Source: Octopus bimaculoides (Eukaryota). Taken from it: DNA of 34,099 nt. Made by a program: the position numbers and the translations under genes. The stretch covers positions 187,693,617-187,727,715 of the forward strand of contig NC_068982.1 of the NCBI RefSeq assembly GCF_001194135.2. The letters run 5' to 3'. Positions 11,721 through 22,362 of this stretch are shown here, in pieces. Numbering within the stretch: the first letter of the stretch is position 1; each line of letters starts with the position of its first letter. The notes beneath the pieces were generated by a model. The model searched no databases. It saw only the letters and a list, made by a program, of their open reading frames with translations, and was not told where the DNA came from.

Positions 11721-14700
11721 CTGAAAAAGTAATTTTAGAACTAATTTGTTCAAAAGCAATTAAGGTATCAAAATAATTTTTAATTTTGATTTCAAATTTT
11801 TTGTGCAAGGCCAGCAGTTTCTGGGGGAGAGGGTAAGCCGATTACATCGGACCCCGGAGTTAAATTGTTACTCATCTTATCGATCCCGAAAGGATGAAAG
11901 GCAAAGTCGGTCTTAGCAGAATTTGAACTCAGAACGGGCGAAATACCGCTAAGCATTTTGCCTGGCGTGTTAACCGTAACATAATTGTTACAGCTAAGAA
12001 CGGGGTCGATGTAATCGAATGATTTCTTTCTTCGTAATTGCTGGCATTGTGCCAAAACTTGAGATCAATATTAAAGAACGAAAAAAATAGAAGCAAAAAG
12101 CTGGAGGTAAAGGGAGGTAACTCTGGATTATACAGTAAATGATTAAAAATTTTGTTGAATAAGTCTGTTGTGTCTAGAAGAGAGCTTTTCTCTTTAGTAT
12201 CAGACGTTAGTTTGTTATTATTCCAGTCACATGTCGGACAATGTTTATATAAATATTATACCATGTCCAATAGTTGATCGGTATTTTATCAACCCTGGAT
12301 AGATGGAAAGCAAAATCGACATCAACGGGGATTTAAACCAGTGCTCCCCAACCATCCATCTGCCGGTCCCCACCACCTGACAGTCTTCCCTCGAGGAACT
12401 CGCACTTTGGTCACACGTTTACCGCAGTACGAAGTCAGGAGCATCCATTCTTCCTGACCTTATCGCCTTCCCTCTCGTAACGTATGTTGTAAATCTTTTC
12501 AATTCCTTGATACGCTTCTCTATGGCTTCTATCGGCGCAATCTCTATTTTTCTTGTGGCTCTCTTCATGGTTTTAAATGTTACCGTTCTTTTTAACACGT
12601 TGGCCGATAATTCTTCCGGTGGCGTTAGCTTCAGAATATTACCTTCCTTAGAGATTAATTTTTCACTTTCCTTCATCTTTCGAGGCTCCACCTTTATCTC
12701 GCGGACATCCAACTCTTGCACGTCTACTCCTCTGCTCGTTGCGGCCGCATTACTTGGACATCCCTCCTGCATCTTCTCTATTTCCCCCACAACGGGGGGG
12801 GGGGAACACAACAATTAACAAATTAACAACGTCAACAGTTCTAACATCAATTCAAATCAAATAACAATGGCAAGAATTCGATAAATATTTCAACATAAAC
12901 TCACGCATAAACTCAAACAGACGAACAACCGCTAAGCATTTCGTCCGGCGTGCCCACGTTTGTCAGCTCGCCGCCTTTTTCCTAGCAAATATTAACGACG
13001 TAAATGAAATGTTTACTACTGAGAACACACACACACATTTCTCTCTCACAAATACTGTTGTAATATGAAATACCAACCATGGTATTTTTTCCTGGGATCG
13101 TATTGATAACCCAAGTGGCAGTTCTGGATAAAGTCACGACATTTCTGTGCCCGAGAGATTCGTAAGACTTCTGTCGTCGTTGAGAACATTGGTTGTTGTT
13201 TCATTCGGAGTTTCGTATAAACCTTTAACCAGTTTTTCTTACCTGATGGAGGGCTACGACAAATGAAAGAAAATAACATTATAGAATGTTTAATATAATT
13301 GTGGAATATTACAGAAGCTAAACAACCATCACTGAAGTATATTGGGAAGAGGAAGATGACAACTACACACACACACTAACAGTTTGTGCCGGTCGCCGTC
13401 GAGACCTCGTGTGTTAATTGGAGTAACTGCGGCCAGTCTGAGAAATGAGCCGGGCCAAGTGGGGGCAGCTGCGACAGTGAGTGTCACTGGCCATTCTCTG
13501 CAGCAACGCCTTTGCAATCATGTCTGCGAGGCACGGCGAAACACGCCATTTGTTCTGGGATGTACAGCCCATTACCCCCACCCCATCTACTACCACTTTT
13601 TGTTTCCTTGGTGAAGTAATTTTGAAGGATTTTTTTTGCTCTTGTAACGACCGTGCGACAGGAGAGGTGACGAGGAATGGCACATCGCACGGTCGATACA
13701 AATAAAAATATGAAAAGGGGATAAATGAGTGCAAGTGCCAGAAGGAGAAGAGAGACATAACCGGGTAGAATGTTTAAGAGAAGATTTTATTTATATGTTT
13801 ACATGTTTGTGCGTCATATATACATAATAATAATAGACAGGCCGTCACGTATACATAATGCGTATGTGTGTGCATTAAGTACAGAGCATTGAAAGAGTCT
13901 ATAATATGACGTTAGAAGAATGTCCAGACACAAGGATGATAAATACCAGTTCATAGTCAAGGTGCACAGTAGTTGAAGTGCTGTATTAAAGGTGCAGCCG
14001 AAAGCTAGCTGTTATCTACTACGTCCGTATTTATGTATATATAACAAAGAGAGAGAAGTTTCCCTTAAGGGAGATAGATAAAAGTAAATACAATGATCTA
14101 CACAGAATCGATACAATTGATTATTATCCGGTCATGAAATTTAGCATTATGACAAAATAACTTTAATAAAAACTTGAAAATACGAGAAAAACCCAAAAGG
14201 TCAAGGGAGATAACTTTTATTATTTTAGTTTGGATCGTCTAACTTTAACTACAAACTGAACTATGAAAGAGAGACCAAGTCGATAAAAGGTGTCTATGTA
14301 GCAGATACATGTGCTGGAAATAGCAGCTAATCTCTCAAATCATAACTGGTCTTAAACGGAAAGATATAACATGTTGGATAATACAATCGGATATCTATAT
14401 ATTGGACAACAAAAGAGGAGATGGTTACGGCTCGGTCAGACCTATGAACTGCTACATTGAGAGGTTTACAGCGATGCTACGATGTTACTGTGATTAGAAT
14501 GTTACAGGAAACCATCACAAAACGGTTTCTTAAAGCTGAGCCAACTAGCAGGTGACCTCGGGTTTAACCAAGAACCCAATGGTTAGATAATGTCCGCAGT
14601 CTCAGATGGTCATGTTCAAGAATTCAACTGGACATTTAATGACTGTTGCTTCTGATAGGATTCTATGGAGGAGATGGTTGAGAATTCCACTCCCTCGTCT

Positions 14701-17700
14701 TTCCCCCAAAATAGTGGGCAAAGAAGACTAGAACAAGAAACAAGGGGCAGAACCCACTGCTTTTTCTGGCCCTTTAAGACGGCAGAAAAATAAAGTGACA
14801 GGTTTTAGAGGGATCATGCTCTAGGAAGGAAGGATTGGGTGTCATAATGTGATGTGGGGCATAGAGGTGGACAGCAGGGTGATGAGGAAGGAGGAGGCAA
14901 AATACCTGAATGTCTGAGTGGGAGGTGAAAGGAGTCTGGCTAGCTCTGAGGAGTAGAGGTCGTTATAGGATCAGGAGAAAAACAGAGGTGTCAGCAGACC
15001 TGTGGGCCGGGGGCAAGAGCAGGTCTTGGAGAGATACTAACTGGCATTCCGTATGTTTTGACAATGAGTGTTCCAGTTGATTTGATCTATGGAACAGCCC
15101 GTTCATAAAATTAACACGCAAGTGGCTGAGTACTCCAGACAAGTGTATCCTTAATGTAGTTTTTAGGGAGATTCAATGTGACACAGAATGAGACAAGGCT
15201 AACCCTTTGAAATAGGAGTACAACTTTTTTGCCAGCTGAGTGGATTGGAACAATGTGAAATAAAGTGGCTTGCTCAAGGACACAAGGCACTGCCAAGAAT
15301 CGAACTCGTGACCTTACAATTGTTAACCAAATACCCTAACCACTAAGCGACACATCACGGGAGATTTTATACCAATCAGTTCGGGGAACATATTTTGGAC
15401 CCAGTTTATGAAATGTGTGAAGTAACTACGTACCAGTTGCAAGAGTAACACTGAACTGTTGGGTCCAGTAACAATAGAATCTGTTTTTGTAAGGACAACA
15501 TTTTTATACTCTTTTACTCTCTTTTACTTGTTTCAGTCATTTGATTGTGGCCATGCTGGAGCACCACCTTTAGTCGAGCAAATCGACCCCAGGACTTATT
15601 CTTTGGAAGCCTAGTACTTATTCTATCGATCACTTTTTGCTGAACTGCTAAGTTACGGGGATGTAAACACACCAGCATTGGTTGTCAAGCGACGTTGGGG
15701 GAACAAACACAGGAACACAAACACACACGTATATATATATATATATATATATATATGACGGGCTTCATTCAGTTTCCGTCTACTAAATACGCTCACAAGG
15801 CTTCAGTTGAGGCTATAGTAGAAGACACTTGCCCAAGTTGCCACGCAGGGGGACTGAACCCGGAATCATGTGGTTGGTAAGCTAGCTACTTACTACACAG
15901 CCACTCCTACGCCTATAGGGTATTTTTTTTTTTTTTAAAGAAATCACTGTGCAATTTTTTTGTTTTTTTTGTGATTGCCCAAGGATGGGTGGCAAACTCG
16001 AGGATTTCCACTGATGCTTCAAGATTTTGATGATATGATTGGTTCTTTTTTGAAAGACATTATAAGGGAGGTGGAAAAATCCAGATCTGGCTGGTTTGAA
16101 CATAAAACAGGTAGAATATTTGAACCGGATATGACTGGTTTGAATGTTAAAGGATTAAACAAAAATAAAGCTTACCTCATTAAGGGTTTTCCAAATAAAT
16201 ACTTAACGGCCCACTCAAGTTTTGACTCAATGTCTTTTAGTTTCAATAAAGATGAGCGAATCAGTAATTTAGTGTCCTGACTAATTGACTTGTAATTACT
16301 AATGAAGCTCAGGATGAAGCCAATATCCAGGAACTCTTTGAACTGAAACAAAACAAATTACCATATTTGATGGCATATGAAACCCTTTTTCTTACCAAAA
16401 AATGTATTTAAAAAATTCTGAAATCTTAATGGAATATTAATCGTTAGAAGGACGGACCCTAACTGTATCTTCTGCCATTTTGCTCTTCTCTTCCAACCAT
16501 ATTACAGAAAATACTTCTTTAACTGGTTCAGAAGTACCAAAGTGACAAAGAATTTATTCAACTACTAACAGCATTTTACTAATAGGCATCTTTTTTTGGC
16601 AAGAGCATAAAAAAAAAAAAACAACTTTGCATTTTTCTTCATAATTAAAGTTCTGTGTTGCTTAAACTTCTGAGAAGACCAAAAGCTTTTTGCAATTAAC
16701 CTCATTATCATTGATAACAATATTGATTTCAAATACAGGGAGCGGCAGAAAAGTTGCCCCGATTTTGAAGGTTAAGAAAAAGCAAACAAATGAAGATACA
16801 AGAAAAAAAAACAATGCTCTCCACTCCGAACCATGGTGGGTATTACCGGAAACAGAAGAAAAAATGGCATTTAATGAACTTCATAGAAATACAGTTGATG
16901 GCACACATGACATTTTTTTCCCCATAAAAAAATATCTCTGCATACAGGACCCAAGGGGAATTTACAAAGTTGGGCCTTATATATTACAGGTTTTAATGCA
17001 TTAAAAGCTTTTATTCTTGAATATGGGCTGCTGGAATTGGCATGCATTGCCATTATATATGGTACCTCGAATTAATGTTTTACAAGTGTTTTATGTTAAT
17101 TATTTAATTAATCTTTTGTGACCCTACTCCTTATGAAGTACATAGTCTATGAATTTCAGGTCTACGCCCATGGCATATGGCGTAGTGGTTAAGTGCATGG
17201 GCTACTAACCCCAAGATTCTGAGCTTGATTCCAGGCAGTGACCTGAATAAATAATATCAAAAAATACGTTAGGAATCAGAACCCAGGTTTTAAATTTCCT
17301 CAAGACACCTGAAGAAGGCTGGAGGGTGTATCAGCCAAAGCGTTGTGTTAACAATAAACAAGATGAAATAAACAAATGTAAATAATGTACGTATTTCAGT
17401 TTGAAAATAATCAAACATTTGGTTTGATTTAATAAAATAGCTTTGTCGCTACTAAAACAGTGTTCTTAGGTAAAATTATAATGGAAGGTTGTAATTTAAG
17501 TCAAAATACAAGGTGCGGCAGAAAGGTCGCCCTGATTTCAAAGATTAATAAAAAGCAAATACATGAAGAGGCAAGCAAAAACTTTGTATTTCTATGAAGT
17601 TCATTAAATGCCATTTTTTCTGCTGTTTCTGGTAAAACCCACATCGTATTTTCTTGTATCTTCATTTGTTTGCTTTTTATTAACCTTTGAAATTGGGACA

Positions 17701-19618
17701 ACTTTTCTGTCGCACCCTGTATTTGAAATCAATATTGTTATCAATAATCATCGTTTAACGTCCACCTTCCATGCTAGCATGGGTTGGACGATTTGAGTGA
17801 GGACTGGTGAACGAGATGGCTGCACCAGACTCCAATCTGGTCTGGCAGAGTTTCTACAGCTGGATGCCCTTCCTAAGGCCAACCACTCCAAGAGTGAAGT
17901 GGGTGCTTTTATGTGCCACCGGCACGAGGATCAGAGTGGCGGTACTGGCAATGGCCATGCTCAAAAGGGTGTATTTTGCATGCCAACTGCACAGGAGCCA
18001 GTTCAGCGGCACTGGCAACGACCTTGCTTAAATGTTTTGTTCACATGCCACCGGCACAAGTGCCAGTAAGGTGACGCTGGTAACGATTACACACAAATGG
18101 TTTACTTTTAACGTGCCATCGGCACGGAAACCAGACAGCTGCTCTGGCAATAATCATGCTCAGATGGTGCTGTTAGTGCTCCAATGGCACGGATGCCAGT
18201 CATTGAATTTGGTTCAATTACGAAATCAATATCGTTATCAATGATAATGATAGTTGTTTCTGCTATAGGCACAAGGACTGAAATTTACAGGTAAAGGGCT
18301 AGTCATTTACATCAACACCAGTGCTTAACTGGTACTTATTGACCCCGAGAGGATGAAAGGTAAAGTCAACCTCGACAGAGTTTGAACTCAGAGCAAAGAC
18401 AGATGAAATATCACTAGGCATTCTGCCCCGTGTACTTTGGGCCTTAATTATACCACCTTTCATCGTCTCAGGGTCAATAGGTACCAGTTAAGCACTGGTG
18501 TTGCTGTAACCGACAAGCCCCTTCCCCTTAAATTTCAGCCCTTGTGCCTACAGCAGAAACAACTATCATTATCATTGGTAACAATATTGCCTTATGGCAA
18601 AGTGGCAGCAACATTGGTGCGGCGGACAAAATGCCACGTATTATTTCTTCTGGTTTATCGTTTCCAAATCCCTCTGAGTTCCACCTGGCCTTTCATCTTC
18701 TCGGGGTTGAAGAGTATCGATCAATTACTCTCAAAATTTCTGAAACTTAGAAATGAAGAGAGTAGGTGAGGGGATTCCTGTAATGAGGTTCCTTAATCAT
18801 AATAACTATTTCTGCTATACGTACAAGGCCTGAAACTTTGGGGGGAAGGGTCTAGTCAATTACCTTGACCCTAGAGCATAACTGGTACTTATTCTATCAA
18901 ACCCAAAAGGATGAAAGGTAAAGCCAACCTCAATGGAATTTGAGCTCAGAATGTAAACATGGACGAAATACTTAGTATTTTGTTAAGTATACTCAAGATT
19001 CTGTCAGCTCGTTACCTTAATGATTAGCCTTCATAATGGTTTCAAATTTTGGCACAAAGCCAGCAATTTCTGAGATGTAAGTAAGTCAACTACATCAACC
19101 GCAGTGTACAACTGGTACTTATTTTATTGACCCCGACAGGATGAAAGACAAAGTTGACCTCAGCAGAATTGGAACTTGGAACTTAAAGACAGGCAAATCA
19201 TAATACTAATACTACTACTAATAATATGAAAACTTACCATTTTAGTTGAGCAATCCCTTGGCAATTCTCTGGTTATATAATTACAGTGAGAGTGGAAGTA
19301 TTGTGGAGAGCCATCTAACAGAATCAGGACCTCAACCTGTCAGACATTTTTAGAGTCATTATTTAGGGGATTAACTGGATTATAATTTAGGGTTTAATTC
19401 AAATTGCAATTTTAAAGTTACAAAAATAAAAAGAAACATTAAAAATTAGGTTACTTTTTAAACAAAAAAAATTGAAAATCAGGTTTGGCTATGTGGTAAG
19501 GACACGGTTCTAGGTTCAGTCCCACTGCATGGCACCTTGGGCAAGTGTCTTCTACTATAGCCTCAGGCCAGCCAAAGCCTTGTGAGTGGATTTGGTAGAC
19601 GGAAACTGTAAGAAGCCC

Positions 19619-19655
<37 letters not shown>

Positions 19656-22329
19656 ATTTGCCCTACACAACCACTTGACAATTGGTGTTGGAGAATTTAT
19701 GTCCCTGTAACTTAGCAACCCAAGGACTTTAAGTGTGACACTTATTCTATCAGTCTCTTTTGCTGATCTGCTATGTCTGACTAAAATCCTTCAAGGTGGT
19801 GTTCCAACATTGCCACAGTCAGGTGACTGAAACAAGATGAAATAAATGAAATTTATAAAATAAATTCATTATACAGGGTCCAGCAATTCTCTGGCCCCTG
19901 ATGCATCGTTTTTGATAGAAGCTTAATCTGCAAATGTTTTGCGTGCACTGGTCCAAACCAAAATGGCAACTGAAAAAGAAAACCCAGTAAAAACATTAAC
20001 TACATGAAAAGGACATTATCATTTGTGGAAATTCTCTAGTGCCAGACTAACTACCATGGAATGTCTTTCTGTTGCATCTGGTAATTAACTACAATATCAT
20101 CATCATCATCGTTTAATGTCCGCTTTCCATGCTGGCATGGGTTGGTCGAGTTGACAGGGGACTGGCAAACCAGGAGGCTGCACCAGGATCCAATCTGATC
20201 TGGCAATGTTTCTACAGCTGGATGCCCTTCCTAACGCCAACCATTCCGAGTGTAGTGGGTACTTTTTATGTGCCACTGGCACAGGAGCCAGTCAGGCAGC
20301 ACTGGCATCAGCCACGTTTGGATGGTGCTTTTTACGTACCACCAGCACAGGGAGCCAGTCAGATGGCACTGGCAATGACCCATGCATGAATGGTGCCTAT
20401 TGCATGTCACCAGCATGGGAGCCAGTCAGGCAACACTGGCAATGACCCACGCTTGAATGGTGCTTATTGCATACCACCAGCATGGGAGCCAGTCAGATGG
20501 GCCACAACTACAATTTCCATTTTGATTGTGGTTTGATTTTACTTGACTCAATGGGTCTCTTCAAGCACAGCAATTAAACATTTTTAAATATCCAGAAACT
20601 TAAGAAATAAAAAGTCAGACATACTGGTTTGTTGCTGGTTTCTAACTGTAGGGCCATTTCGAAAGCTACACAGGCTCCGAATGAATAACCAGCAAGTCTG
20701 TAGGGACCACAGGGGTTAGCAGCCTCCATAATGCAAATATAAAATCTGAAGAAAATATAAAATAAAGATTATGTTTTTGAAGTGTAGATATATTTTTTTT
20801 CCAACAGCATATATAAGATAAAATCCTTTTAGAGCAGAAAAGTTTGTCAGCAACCAGCCATGAGGATCGAATCCACACTCCTCTAATAGAGAGCCATCAT
20901 CATTGCCAACCCCAGGGCATTAGCTGTCCTAAGACTCACAAGGCCTGTCACCCAATTACCACAGCATTTAAGTAACTGAGATCACAACATTCTCCCTCAA
21001 TGGGATGTCAGTCCATTGCAGGGTTAACTCATTTACGGCTGAGGGGACTGGAGTGAATAGGAAATGAAGTGTTTTGCTCAAGAACACAACATCCTGCCTG
21101 CTCTGGGAATTGAAACTATGATCTTACAATTACGAGTGCAACACAACCACTTGTCTTCAACACTAATGGTAGAGGATCTGAGTTGCCATTTTAAATTCTT
21201 TCATTGCACTTTTACCATAGGCGGAACTTTGCTCTCAATTTTGCAGTCAACCGTTGCCAGTTCTTACAGATTTCAGAAATAAGCAATAAAGAGGTATTAG
21301 TATTAAAGAGATTATTTTCATTTTAATTTCTTGTTGGATTAACTAACATTCATTTTGAATAAACAGGCCACACTTGATTCAATTTTCAGGTAAATATAGT
21401 TCATTTGAAAGCAAAAAAGAAAATACTTACTCTGCCATATCCTCCACTGAATTTCTTGGAGTCTTATTGGTCATTCTAATTCCAAAACATGGCATTGTTA
21501 GCATCTGTCCCAAGGATTTCAATGCATGAACATTACCTTTAAGAATAATGTAAAAGACGGACATAATTAATGCATGCCCGCAACTGGTACACAGTCCTGG
21601 GTGGAGGAGTGGCTGTGTGGTAAGTAGCTTGCTTACGAACCACATGGTTCCGGGTTCATTCCCACTGCATGGCACCTTGGGAAAGTGTCTTATACTATAG
21701 CCCCGGGCCGACCCAATGCCTTGTGAGTGGATTTGGTAGACGGAAACTGAAGGAAGTCCGTTATATATATATATATATATATATATNNNNNNNNNNNNNN
21801 NNNNNNNNNNNNNNNNNNNNNNNNNNNNNNNNNNNNNNNNNNNNNNNNNNNNNNNNNNNNNNNNNNNNNNNNNNNNNNNNNNNNNNNNNNNNNNNNNNNN
21901 NNNNNNNNNNNNNNNNNNNNNNNNNNNNNNNNNNNNNNNNNNNNNNNNNNNNNNNNNNNNNNNNNNNNNNNNNNNNNNNNNNNNNNNNNNNNNNNNNNNN
22001 NNNNNNNNNNNNNNNNNNNNNNNNNNNNNNNNNNNNNNNNNNNNNNNNNNNNNNNNNNNNNNNNNNNNNNNNNNNNNNNNNNNNNNNNNNNNNNNNNNNN
22101 NNNNNNNNNNNNNNNNNNNNNNNNNNNNNNNNNNNNNNNNNNNNNNNNNNNNNNNNNNNNNNNNNNNNNNNNNNNNNNNNNNNNNNNNNNNNNNNNNNNN
22201 NNNNNNNNNNNNNNNNNNNNNNNNNNNNNNNNNNNNNNNNNNNNNNNNNNNNNNNNNNNNNNNNNNNNNNNNNNNNNNNNNNNNNNNNNNNNNNNNNNNN
22301 NNNNNNNNNNNNNNNNNNNNNNNNNNNNN

Positions 22330-22362
<33 letters not shown>

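Noticed and set aside
15840-15914. tRNA genes suggested by A/B boxes in several repeats
   Set aside because: They are SINE heads continuing into SINE bodies; no complete cloverleaf was evident.
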